Positions 36,949 to 46,296 of a DNA stretch of 64,000 nt are shown here, one piece after another (positions within the stretch are counted from its first letter, which is position 1; each line of letters opens with the position of its first letter). The notes under the pieces were generated by a model that was not told the DNA's origin, ran no database searches, and saw only the letters and a list, made by a program, of their open reading frames with translations. Both the position numbers and the translations under genes were made by a program. Where the stretch lies: positions 186,001 through 250,000 of the IMG/VR virus record IMGVR_UViG_3300036770_004723, one strand, 5' to 3'.

Positions 36949-37215
36949 ATGAAACTAACCTCTATTTCTTTTACAAAAAAATCCACTATTTCCTTAGATG
37001 CTAAAACATTAATGACGGAAATTGATCGCGCACTAGCACGAGTTGATAAGAATATAGCCGTAGAAAGAAGAAAAATGCAGATATTGAAATCAAAATCGGA
37101 AGTGAGCGATTCAGCTAATTTATCTTTGCATGAATTGCTTGGTAACAAACAAGTTCTTTTAAGTGTTAAACTGGCCATTGAGAAAAATGATTTTAAAGAT
37201 TTAAAATCTATATAA
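36949..37215 (+). CDS. Small coiled-coil protein with SxS leader
   Basis: MKLTSISF. Confidence 0.55.
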   Translation: MKLTSISFTKKSTISLDAKTLMTEIDRALARVDKNIAVERRKMQILKSKSEVSDSANLSLHELLGNKQVLLSVKLAIEKNDFKDLKSI

Positions 37216-37235
37216 GGATCTTATAAGGTAAATCT

Positions 37236-37727
37236 ATGCACACTCTTGGAACTAATACTGTATCTTCTGCTGTTTCTATTGCATTAAGGACATCAAATAA
37301 CATAACTGTGGCCACTAATAACGCAGTTCCTATAGTTTGGGGAGAGCGTGATGGTAAACCTGATTTAAAAAGATTCACACATTCCTTGGGATCATTTACT
37401 GTAAGTGTTAATCGTAAAGGTAAATATAAAATAAGTGTGAAACTTAACGGCAGGCTTACAGGCAGTTCATTGAGTGTGCAGAACAGAACGGACAATGTTG
37501 TTGTTTTCTTAGCAATCAATAATCGGACATACAAACCTTCTTATCTATATGCAAGTCCTTACCAACAAAGTGGTGGATATTTTACTGTGAACGGAGTCAT
37601 TGATGAAATAAGTTTGAATGCCGGTGATTTCGTTGCACTTTATATATACCGTCTTGTAACAACAGGAACAATATCAATTGCAGCTTCTGAAGCTGTGATG
37701 TCAATAGAGCAGACTTCAGAGGAATAA
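37236..37727 (+). CDS. C1q/TNF-like beta-sandwich protein (fibre-associated)
   Basis: GKYKISVKL...SLNAGDFVALYIY pattern. Confidence 0.5.
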   Translation: MHTLGTNTVSSAVSIALRTSNNITVATNNAVPIVWGERDGKPDLKRFTHSLGSFTVSVNRKGKYKISVKLNGRLTGSSLSVQNRTDNVVVFLAINNRTYKPSYLYASPYQQSGGYFTVNGVIDEISLNAGDFVALYIYRLVTTGTISIAASEAVMSIEQTSEE

Positions 37728-37730
37728 GAA

Positions 37731-38423
37731 TTGATTTCAATAAAAAATAGCTTTACGCAAACTGTTAGATCTGTTCCTTTAAATGTAGCTGTACCGAAAC
37801 CTGAGGCAGACATCACAGTAGATGGCAGACCTGACTTACCTAACTACGTTGAAACAATAAATTGGAAATTTCCTAACCTTAATGTATACAGCACAGGCGA
37901 TGAATATACTGATATTGTATTTCCACACAGTCAAATCATAAACAAAGCAGTGTTAGATCAGTACCGACTTCACTACGCAAAACTGCTTTATATTAAACGT
38001 AGTTTCGAGCAAGCTAATTTAATGCAGCAAGAAGCAACTGGCTACCATACAATTTCTGACACTACTACATTAATACAAAAAGATGTTTACAGGATGAAGT
38101 ATGATGATGCCATTGAATACGCAATTAGATACGAACAGGCACAAAGTGTAAATGGAGATGTAAGCGAGGTATATGTACCTGAACTACTTGCTAACGAAAG
38201 TTCACTGGTAAATCAAGATCCTTACGAGTTAGCTATTTCAATTATTTCGAATTACAATGCCAGTGATAGTAGCCTAAGATCTTATTTTGGTAAAATTGAG
38301 GGCATTAGACGTTTGTTGAAACGTAGAATCTTAGCTGCTGAAACTTTAGATCAGCTAAAAATCATTGAATGGGCGGATTGGCCTATCTATGAACCTACAG
38401 CACTTGTAGATATGGAAGGTTAA
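37731..38423 (+). CDS. Tail-fibre assembly/chaperone-like protein
   Basis: C-terminal IEGIRRLLKRRILAAETLDQLKIIEW resembles fibre-assembly proteins. Confidence 0.4.
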   Translation: MISIKNSFTQTVRSVPLNVAVPKPEADITVDGRPDLPNYVETINWKFPNLNVYSTGDEYTDIVFPHSQIINKAVLDQYRLHYAKLLYIKRSFEQANLMQQEATGYHTISDTTTLIQKDVYRMKYDDAIEYAIRYEQAQSVNGDVSEVYVPELLANESSLVNQDPYELAISIISNYNASDSSLRSYFGKIEGIRRLLKRRILAAETLDQLKIIEWADWPIYEPTALVDMEG

Positions 38424-38424
38424 A

Positions 38425-38772
38425 ATGAAAATCTTTGTTTCTACATCAAATAATGCACATGAACAAGCTGGTAAAAATGTCAAAGTAGCTGTTGCATTTG
38501 CTTATAACAAAACAAATAATAAAGAATTGGATATAGTAGTTAATTTACGTAATGAACTCACTATCTACGTTCAGTTTCTTACAACAAACAAAAACATTCA
38601 GAGCAATCTTACTAATTACGTTCTTAAGAAAACAGTCGCTGATGAACTTAATGAAAAATTTGGTTCTGATTTTGATGAAGGCTTTATATCAAGTGGCGGT
38701 CCTGAAGGTGTGTCTGTTCAATACACAGCACGTACAACCTTAGGAAAGTTATTGAATAAGCAAGGACAATAG
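38425..38772 (+). CDS. Putative internal head protein with SxS leader
   Basis: MKIFVSTSNN. Confidence 0.6.
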   Translation: MKIFVSTSNNAHEQAGKNVKVAVAFAYNKTNNKELDIVVNLRNELTIYVQFLTTNKNIQSNLTNYVLKKTVADELNEKFGSDFDEGFISSGGPEGVSVQYTARTTLGKLLNKQGQ

Positions 38773-38775
38773 GTT

Positions 38776-39144
38776 ATGTATATTTGGATGTCTGCTATCT
38801 TAGCTTCTTTGTGTGTGCAAATACCGAATGTATTAGCTATATCAAAATACGGTAACGGTATAATATTAAAAGAGGCAATTACATTATCTTTATTGTGCCT
38901 ACCCTTTACTTTCGTAGCCTGTATATGCTACATGTATTTTTATTCGAATATCGCATTGAAGATCAGCTACCCTTCAGCTATTTTAATTCTGTACGCACTG
39001 AATTTATTGATAGCTACTTTAGTGCAAGGCTTTATACTAAAAACAAAATCTATGTATTTGGTGGATTACATATCAGTCAGTTTGATTTTAGTGGGATTAG
39101 TTTTAACAGTATTAAGAGAGCAGATTAAAGGATACTTTTCATGA
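38776..39144 (+). CDS. Four-helix membrane protein (SMR/DMT-like topology)
   Basis: Four hydrophobic segments in 122 aa. Confidence 0.55.
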   Translation: MYIWMSAILASLCVQIPNVLAISKYGNGIILKEAITLSLLCLPFTFVACICYMYFYSNIALKISYPSAILILYALNLLIATLVQGFILKTKSMYLVDYISVSLILVGLVLTVLREQIKGYFS

Positions 39145-40925
39145 AACGTATTAGAGTAAATTTGGAGAGTATAAGTGCTTTAAAGCCTTCTCAGTATAGA
39201 CAATTTGTACGTGGTTGGAAGCCAAGTCAAGATTTTTTAACCATATTTAGAAGAGAATCCAAAGGCAAGTCTCCATTTCGTGTACTAATAAGCCCAGAGC
39301 AAAACGCCATTAACTTAAAATCTATTATACCTAAAGAACTAATGGAATACTTGTTAAAAAATAACTATAATATGGACCTTATAGGTTACGTGACGGGCTA
39401 TGTAAATGATAAATATGGACGAAAACAAAAGTTAGGTAAAGTAATAGCGGATCATCCGAATCTTTTAAATCCCTTTAACTCCGACGAAAGCCGCAAAAAA
39501 GATTTGATGGAATTAAATAAAGAAAGTTTTGTCGTTGCCATAAGTCACCACCCCTATGACATAGCAGGTATGAGTACAGATCGCGGATGGACAAGTTGCA
39601 CTAATCTATTAGGTGAGTATGAAAAATCTGCACCTATGAAAGTACAACCTGAAATAGATAACAAAAGTATAATAGCCTATTTAGTACGTAGATCAGATAT
39701 TAATATAAATAAGCCTGTGGCCAGAGCTATAGCTAAAAAATTTGTAAGTGATGCAGGTTCCGAGAAATATGTAATTGACGCTGTTTATCCTGATAGAAAC
39801 CCTTCTCTTATAAATACTTTCCAAAAATGGCTAGATAAAAACATAAATTCAGGTCTGAAAAAAGTCCCGAATGATTTTTCAATGTACACTTTGCCTTTCG
39901 GTATGTATTCTGACGGATTTTCTGACACCGAAATTGTTAACGGGTTTTCTGAAACAGCTGACGAAGAACAACTATTAAATTTGTTTCAGGGCATAGAATA
40001 CTTACCTTCATACTCTAATATGTCAGCTTTTGTATCCGCCCATTACAATAATAAAAAAGCTTTGTCCAAGATAAAGAATGATGATATGTATAGGTCTCAA
40101 TTAATAACGTATTGTCTGAGATTTTTAGACTTATTTGACACAAACAAGCTTAACAAATTCATAGTAAATTTGTTAACAGATATGTACGATAATCGCTATC
40201 CATTTGAGGCCGCTGTATTAATAGCTAAATATTTACCTAGACGCAAAATTACAATACTGTCTCTAGATGAATCAAATAAATTACTTGATAATATGTTTAA
40301 AAGTCGAGAAGCCAAAGATTCTATTAACTACGCAAAGCTGCATGGTGGATCTGCCATTAACCTATTTAAAATAGGACTTTTGGCCTTTTTATCTTATGAA
40401 ACGAAGCCTTTGAATTGTTTTTCACGGTTATATGCAAACTGCCTTAACCCAGAAGATATTTTGACGCCAATGTTAGATAAAAGTTTTGAAATAACAAAAG
40501 AGTACGGAAGATTTTTAGCTGCGGCTATAATGGCACAATCTCCTTACGTAGATAAGAAAAAACTATATATTAAACTGTTTCAAGATCCTAAAATAAACTT
40601 TAACTGGGCCGATGAATATTCAGTTGTTTTGTTACATAGATCACAGCCTAAAGAAAGCAAGCTAGGTGTAGAACTTACTATCATGACAAATTTATTGAAT
40701 GACGTGAATGTTAATGTATTAAATGTATACACGGATGTTTTGATAAAATGTATAAAAGAACTTGAGTCGCTTCTTTCGGATAAAACTACAAACGTATTTA
40801 AGTACAATCAAAGGTATCTTCAAAATAATCTTAATAGGTTAGAGGTGCTTGGTGATATTGAAGGTTTGGCCTTTCTTAATCTTGTTATCAATCAATGCCC
40901 TAAGGTTGACTATTGGCTAAACTGA
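39141..40925 (+). CDS. Large putative virion protein with SxS leader
   Basis: MKRIRVNLESISA; conserved-looking ISHHPYDIAGMSTDRGWTSC core. Confidence 0.6.
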   Translation: MKRIRVNLESISALKPSQYRQFVRGWKPSQDFLTIFRRESKGKSPFRVLISPEQNAINLKSIIPKELMEYLLKNNYNMDLIGYVTGYVNDKYGRKQKLGKVIADHPNLLNPFNSDESRKKDLMELNKESFVVAISHHPYDIAGMSTDRGWTSCTNLLGEYEKSAPMKVQPEIDNKSIIAYLVRRSDININKPVARAIAKKFVSDAGSEKYVIDAVYPDRNPSLINTFQKWLDKNINSGLKKVPNDFSMYTLPFGMYSDGFSDTEIVNGFSETADEEQLLNLFQGIEYLPSYSNMSAFVSAHYNNKKALSKIKNDDMYRSQLITYCLRFLDLFDTNKLNKFIVNLLTDMYDNRYPFEAAVLIAKYLPRRKITILSLDESNKLLDNMFKSREAKDSINYAKLHGGSAINLFKIGLLAFLSYETKPLNCFSRLYANCLNPEDILTPMLDKSFEITKEYGRFLAAAIMAQSPYVDKKKLYIKLFQDPKINFNWADEYSVVLLHRSQPKESKLGVELTIMTNLLNDVNVNVLNVYTDVLIKCIKELESLLSDKTTNVFKYNQRYLQNNLNRLEVLGDIEGLAFLNLVINQCPKVDYWLN

Positions 40926-40941
40926 ATTTATAGGCTAAAAT

Positions 40942-41457
40942 ATGCGAATATTTATATCACTTAGCTCAAGTATTTACTTTCGAGGTTTGACAGAAAAATT
41001 CTCTAAAGCATATCAAGACAAATCTCATATTATTTGGGTAACACCTGACAAAAGCTACGCACAGAACTACACAGAGGCCGAAGGAAGTTTGTTGACATAC
41101 GATCTTAAACTAGGCACTGCGTTTAACTTTGGATTTAGATCGTTAGATACTAGCGTTAAAATACAAGAAGTTTTGTCCCGCGTACAGCGTGGTATATTGT
41201 CTGCTTTCAGAGAAAAGATTATTGATCGTGATTTAGCAATGAAGCTAAATGATGAAGTAATAGATCTAATTGAGAAACATGAGAAAAGTAATAAATATAT
41301 GAAGGTATGGGAATGGTACTCTAAGGAGAAGAACATTTCTAGCATTTTGTTACGTGCTAAATTTACTCACATAGATGCAATGGAAGGTATTGATAACAAT
41401 ATAAAAACTATTGGCATTCTTGATAGAAACATTATTAAGAAAATACAGATGATATAA
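40942..41457 (+). CDS. ADP-ribosyltransferase-like protein with SxS leader
   Basis: YFRG strand, IWVTPDKSYAQNY, late acidic residue, ILDRNIIK end; ART-fold pattern. Confidence 0.5.
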   Translation: MRIFISLSSSIYFRGLTEKFSKAYQDKSHIIWVTPDKSYAQNYTEAEGSLLTYDLKLGTAFNFGFRSLDTSVKIQEVLSRVQRGILSAFREKIIDRDLAMKLNDEVIDLIEKHEKSNKYMKVWEWYSKEKNISSILLRAKFTHIDAMEGIDNNIKTIGILDRNIIKKIQMI

Positions 41458-41460
41458 TAG

Positions 41461-41487
41461 AAAAAGCCGCTTAAATTGCGGCTTTTT
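41461..41487. terminator. Bidirectional terminator at the convergence of the two arms
   Basis: AAAAAGCCGC-TTAAATT-GCGGCTTTTT. Confidence 0.85.
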
Positions 41488-41534
41488 CTATTATACAACT
41501 GAGTAAACTATACTGTAACTTCTTTTAATGAACC

Positions 41535-41870
41535 TTACACTTTCTTACCTATCCACATTGAAGTAAAGCCTGGTAAATCTATTGAAAACTGTTTAGGTAA
41601 AAATTCCTTATTCAAAGAATTTTTAAAGTCTTCTCTTTTTTGTTCTGTATCTGCTTTCACAAAATCACCATAAAACAGAATAAGTGAAAGATCTTCAATT
41701 GACTGCCTATCTGTCACATAGTTCATATATGAATCATCTAGCATACGTTTTAAAACTAACTCAGGGTGATCTGATGAAAAAACAGTACGGTGGATATCCT
41801 TATAAGTTTCCATTAACTTCGGTAGGCGTAAGTGAGGTAGATTCGGCATTCCTACAAAATACATTTTCAT
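41535..41870 (-). CDS. Hypothetical protein
   Basis: ORF in the minus-strand operon. Confidence 0.55.
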   Translation of the reverse strand: MKMYFVGMPNLPHLRLPKLMETYKDIHRTVFSSDHPELVLKRMLDDSYMNYVTDRQSIEDLSLILFYGDFVKADTEQKREDFKNSLNKEFLPKQFSIDLPGFTSMWIGKKV

Positions 41871-42118
41871 TTTCTATCCTTCCATTTTGCGAAGTCGTCA
41901 ATTTGTTTGAATATTTGGTCAGCACTAAAGTCAAATTCTTTGGAAGGTATTATGATAGTTCCCATTGATGTAGCTAAAGGATCTGCTTCATAGAAAGGTA
42001 TGAAAAGTCGTGCCTCTTTCTCATACATAACTATCATAAAAACATTAGAACTTAATCTACCTTTAAACCTGCTTTCTATCAGGCTTTTAAGTTTGTTTAA
42101 CTCTAATAATATACTCAT
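41867..42118 (-). CDS. Hypothetical protein
   Basis: ATGA-coupled ORF. Confidence 0.55.
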   Translation of the reverse strand: MSILLELNKLKSLIESRFKGRLSSNVFMIVMYEKEARLFIPFYEADPLATSMGTIIIPSKEFDFSADQIFKQIDDFAKWKDRK

Positions 42119-43260
42119 GATTCGCCCTTGTTAATCAAGTCTACTCGATCCATTAGATCTTGGGCTATTTCTTCAGCATCGTTATCATTTAACATTGAGT
42201 CCAGTGTCGAACAGAAATCATGAATTTCGTACACAAGGTCATCAAATTTATTATTTGTTTCGTCAAAATTAAAACATGAAATGTGTGCTTCAAATCCGGC
42301 AGCTTGTGGGTGGCCACCTCCGCCCATGTCAATTGCAATTGTATTAATTACAACATCATTCTTAGATCGTAAGCTTACTTTACACATGCCTTCACTTAGT
42401 ATGGTAATGGCTGCACCTATATGATTAGTTTCCGTGAATAGAATATTACAGGCTTCGGATCTAAATGATTGAGGTAAATTTACACAAGGAATTGTGTAGG
42501 TATTTCCCGATGTTTTACCTTTGAATGTAAGTAAAAATTTATTTTCAAGTGCTTCATTTAAAAAGCTTTGACGTATTTCTCTGGAAATAGTGCCCCTATC
42601 GAATAATTTAACAAATTTCTGATCTAAACTATTCATGTTTACTGTGGCAGCAGCTTCTTCTATTGTGAAAATAGTTTCATAGAAGCCCAACATGATTTCA
42701 TCTGTACCCAACATCTTTCTATGCCACAAATCTCTGTCTTGTGCGTGACGAATCATTCTAGGTAGGTGATCTAAATAATATTTTATATTAAAATATCTTG
42801 TTGCTTTTTCTGAATTAGTGTAGGCATTGAAAAAAGCAAAAGCTAATGCACAGCCACTGTATTCGGTATCAAGAATTCCCCAAATCTTTTTCTCTTGTAT
42901 AAGATGATTTAATTCCAGAACTCTAGGTTCATGGTGATCAATCAAACAGATTTTAACACCTGTCTCTAGAAGTGACTCAATTGTTTGTAGGTCAAAAGAA
43001 AAATCAACAAGGATAAGTAAATCACCTTTACCTAATTTCTTAGGTATCATTCCATATTTGTACGCAACATACTCAATTGGAATAGTTGATATTAGTGTAG
43101 TATGCTTCTCAGCAATTAAATCACTTTTTCCTGAATGCCATAGGTAAACACATGCAGCTGAAAGTAAACCATCAGTACAATCGGCATGATAATAAACACT
43201 AATATCAGTAACATCGTTCAACATACCTGATTTAATATTAATATTGTTGTTGGTATTCAT
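42115..43260 (-). CDS. DHH/DHHA1-family phosphoesterase
   Basis: YHADCTDG, VDFS, IDHH, SLRS, GGGGHPQAAGF. Confidence 0.9.
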   Translation of the reverse strand: MNTNNNINIKSGMLNDVTDISVYYHADCTDGLLSAACVYLWHSGKSDLIAEKHTTLISTIPIEYVAYKYGMIPKKLGKGDLLILVDFSFDLQTIESLLETGVKICLIDHHEPRVLELNHLIQEKKIWGILDTEYSGCALAFAFFNAYTNSEKATRYFNIKYYLDHLPRMIRHAQDRDLWHRKMLGTDEIMLGFYETIFTIEEAAATVNMNSLDQKFVKLFDRGTISREIRQSFLNEALENKFLLTFKGKTSGNTYTIPCVNLPQSFRSEACNILFTETNHIGAAITILSEGMCKVSLRSKNDVVINTIAIDMGGGGHPQAAGFEAHISCFNFDETNNKFDDLVYEIHDFCSTLDSMLNDNDAEEIAQDLMDRVDLINKGES

Positions 43261-43261
43261 T

Positions 43262-43765
43262 CTATTTTCCTTTTCTCCGATTATCCCTCAAACGATATAA
43301 ATCATTTTCCAGACTTTTCTTTCTAGTTCTTAGGATCTTAATTTCAGATCTTAGTTCTTTCAAAGTTTTTTCATTAGCACTATTAAACAAATTGACTGTA
43401 TCCTTCAACTTATTTAATTGTGCTAATGTACAAGCTCGATGATAAGAATCTGCATTATCATGAGCAAAAAGATCTAATGTGCATAGTGCTGATCCTGATT
43501 CTTCTTTAATCAAAGAACAGTCTATAATAGACTTTAGTTGTTTATAAGATCCTCCTCTCCTTGCCTCAACTGAAAGCACATTAAGGTCCCCAAAATTGGA
43601 AAAGAATCTGTGGTATATATCATAAGCCGCCTTTATATTTTCGGTATCTAATTTGGCTTCATTAGAGACAACAGAATAACCTAAAAGGTTTAGAAATTTA
43701 GATATTAAACTTACAATAACTGCTTTCATTTTTATCCTCAAAGCATTTTTATTTAGGGTTTTCAT
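43262..43765 (-). CDS. Hypothetical protein with C-terminal coiled coil
   Basis: ORF track. Confidence 0.55.
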   Translation of the reverse strand: MKTLNKNALRIKMKAVIVSLISKFLNLLGYSVVSNEAKLDTENIKAAYDIYHRFFSNFGDLNVLSVEARRGGSYKQLKSIIDCSLIKEESGSALCTLDLFAHDNADSYHRACTLAQLNKLKDTVNLFNSANEKTLKELRSEIKILRTRKKSLENDLYRLRDNRRKGK

Positions 43766-43901
43766 TTGTTGCTTGCCTAATGCGATCTTGCATCTGCATT
43801 TGTATCTGAAAATCGAAACATGTCTTCAGTTCTTTGATCAGGCTATCTATAAGTTTCTGCCTGTAGTCTTTAAACTTATAAATGGTATGTGAATTCACCA
43901 T
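43749..43901 (-). CDS. Possible small protein (50 aa), absent from the ORF track
   Basis: Read by hand: MVNSHTIYKFKDYRQKLIDSLIKELKTCFDFQIQMQMQDRIRQATNENPK; fills an operon gap. Confidence 0.3.
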   Translation of the reverse strand: MVNSHTIYKFKDYRQKLIDSLIKELKTCFDFQIQMQMQDRIRQATNENPK

Positions 43902-44487
43902 TTAGAAAAGAATCAAAATCTTTCTGCACTTTTAACGCATTTAAACCATTTGCGAATGATGTATTTATTACTCCCAATATTTGGAAGATTTTTTCAAAGT
44001 CACAGTTACCTATTCCATACCGTCCATGCACATGGACAAAATTTAACTGAACATCATAGTAAGGCTTGTTCTTAAAGAATTTATGATCTAAGTGATGTTG
44101 GCTATTATAGTAATCTCCGTCGTCAACTACACACCAATAAACTGGATTATGTTCGACAACATAATCTAGTATGGCTTTACATCGCCCTTTCCATCCTCCG
44201 GTATCGGTCACTACATCTTCGATCTTTAATCCTGTTTCCTTGAATATGCGATCAAATAGAACTGAGTTCTTTTCATGTCTGTGTGAACTGAACCAACTGC
44301 TACAGCCAACAACTTTAATAGGTGCGCCTTTATTATGTGCATTGCGTAGTGATCTAGCCAAGTATTTAACTACATCGACATCGACAACATCACCAGGAAT
44401 AATTCCAACATTAACATTAGTGGCCATTCCATATTGCTTATTAAATACACCATCTATGTCAATAAACAATAATCTTAAGTTTTTCAT
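43876..44487 (-). CDS. HAD-superfamily protein (RNA-repair-associated HAD-like)
   Basis: LFIDIDGVFN, SSW, VVDD motifs. Confidence 0.75.
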   Translation of the reverse strand: MKNLRLLFIDIDGVFNKQYGMATNVNVGIIPGDVVDVDVVKYLARSLRNAHNKGAPIKVVGCSSWFSSHRHEKNSVLFDRIFKETGLKIEDVVTDTGGWKGRCKAILDYVVEHNPVYWCVVDDGDYYNSQHHLDHKFFKNKPYYDVQLNFVHVHGRYGIGNCDFEKIFQILGVINTSFANGLNALKVQKDFDSFLNGEFTYHL

Positions 44488-44741
44488 TCAACTATCTCGG
44501 CTTTAATTGAAATATTATCTCCGAGTATAACGGTTTTGCCGTTATGGTGATGCGCTTCAACAGCCCTAGCACCATCAATATCAAAAACAATTTGAAGCCT
44601 ATGTTTTCCAGTCATAAACTTTTCTATTTGTTCAGGCTTTAATATGGTACTCATTTCAATTTTTGTACGTACTCGGTTAATTATTAAATGTCTAAATTCT
44701 TCTTCTACTTCTGTAATATAGTGAAAAGATTGCAATTCCAT
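44484..44741 (-). CDS. Hypothetical protein
   Basis: ORF with GGAG SD. Confidence 0.55.
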   Translation of the reverse strand: MELQSFHYITEVEEEFRHLIINRVRTKIEMSTILKPEQIEKFMTGKHRLQIVFDIDGARAVEAHHHNGKTVILGDNISIKAEIVE

Positions 44742-44750
44742 AATAATCTC

Positions 44751-45098
44751 CTAAGTCATTTGAGCAAGACCTGATATATTAGGTTGTACTTCTTTTTTCT
44801 GCTCTGCAATAACGTGCTGATTTCGTGCTTGAGTTTCTGTATATATTAAAGGTCTTTCTTGATTTTCATTGTAACGTGTAGCCAGTTCACGTAAGTCAAG
44901 ACCGTAGTAATCTGCTACCAGCAAAGCATCCAGCTTTTCATTACCTACCAGTGCAATAAACTTATCACCGCCCGACCAAGCTATACGCACGGCAACTTTT
45001 TCAATTTGCGTCATACGAAAAAGCTGGTCTGTACGACGTTCAACTACTGTTGAGAAAACAATTTTTGGATCTAAGAAACTAAACATTTTGATTCTCAC
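44751..45098 (-). CDS. Hypothetical protein
   Basis: ORF track. Confidence 0.55.
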   Translation of the reverse strand: MRIKMFSFLDPKIVFSTVVERRTDQLFRMTQIEKVAVRIAWSGGDKFIALVGNEKLDALLVADYYGLDLRELATRYNENQERPLIYTETQARNQHVIAEQKKEVQPNISGLAQMT

Positions 45099-45130
45099 TT
45101 ATATTAGGTTATAGCATTCAAGTATAAACG

Positions 45131-46231
45131 CTATCTTTTAATCCAGTGCCAAACAGGTTCTACGAATATTCCGCTTTTATCACTTGCACTACCTACTCGT
45201 TTCGCCATTCTGTATCCAAAATGGTGGCCTTGCTTTGCACCTAATTTAATTAGGTATTCATTCATAGGATCGCACAATTTATTTACGGTGTGTCCAGAAT
45301 AAACGTCACTTATATTAACACATAAATGACCACCTACTTTAAGACTAGCATACGATTTTTCCACCAAAGGAATTAAAAACTTTTTTACCCAAGTACTGCA
45401 ATCTTTATAGCGCAAATAACTTTGGTCCTCGTCTTTACTATAACGTTCAATATTGAAATACGGAGGACTAGTAAAGGCGATATCAAAATGATTGGAAGGA
45501 AGATCTGCTTTTTCAAAACCACTAAAATAAATATTAGCTTTTTGATCCTGCCGTATATATCTACGTATTTGTTTTCTGTAGTTTTCGTGTAGATGAATGT
45601 TAGGATCGAAACCTACGTATTCAACTGCACTACTCGCTAAAAATCCTTCAAGCCTGTCACCCCAACCACTACACATGTCTAAAACAGAGCCTTCACGGGC
45701 ATAGCGATCATATAGTGCTTTAGCCGCACTTGGCCTGAATTGACTAGCTATGTATTTACGCATGGCGATACAACTGGATAATACTTTACTATCAACATGG
45801 CTGTTCTTAAGACTAAATATTGCTTTTAACATACTGGCACGAAATTTAGGTGTGTGCCAAACTCTCATAGGGCTTGGACTATTTACACTATCACAAAACA
45901 TTCGTGCCTGATGGTGGAAGTGGTTTGAAGCTGCATTGCCAACATTAGAGCTTTCTATATATCTGTCTGATAGTATAAACTTTTCACTTGGGTAGCGTGT
46001 AACAACTTGACCTAGTTTTAGAAGTTTTTTGGTATTCAAGTCCACTAATTGTTGGTGTGCATCATCTGCATCTTGAAGTGAGGGAGCTTTTAAAGGAAGT
46101 GCCAGATTATAACTATCAATTAAATCACTTATAAAAGTAATAGATCCTTCGACTCCGTACTTATCAACTAATCTAATTAAATTTTTGTGATCTATATTAA
46201 GTTCGCCGTCATTTATTTGATAATGCTTCAT
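45131..46231 (-). CDS. Amino-DNA methyltransferase (SPPY, N4-C/N6-A type)
   Basis: SQFRPSAAK; VLDMCSGWG SAM-binding motif; FTSPPYF catalytic motif. Confidence 0.85.
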   Translation of the reverse strand: MKHYQINDGELNIDHKNLIRLVDKYGVEGSITFISDLIDSYNLALPLKAPSLQDADDAHQQLVDLNTKKLLKLGQVVTRYPSEKFILSDRYIESSNVGNAASNHFHHQARMFCDSVNSPSPMRVWHTPKFRASMLKAIFSLKNSHVDSKVLSSCIAMRKYIASQFRPSAAKALYDRYAREGSVLDMCSGWGDRLEGFLASSAVEYVGFDPNIHLHENYRKQIRRYIRQDQKANIYFSGFEKADLPSNHFDIAFTSPPYFNIERYSKDEDQSYLRYKDCSTWVKKFLIPLVEKSYASLKVGGHLCVNISDVYSGHTVNKLCDPMNEYLIKLGAKQGHHFGYRMAKRVGSASDKSGIFVEPVWHWIKR

Positions 46232-46262
46232 TATATTTTCTTATAGGATTCTCTTAACCTTA

Positions 46263-46277
46263 ATTTACAGTTTAATC
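46263..46277 (-). promoter_or_regulatory. Conserved intergenic motif GATTAAACTGTAAAT (copy 1)
   Basis: Exact 15-bp copy at 54447-54461; both copies lie 30-45 bp upstream of minus-strand starts. Confidence 0.45.
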
Positions 46278-46296
46278 TGCTTTACCAATGGAAAAG

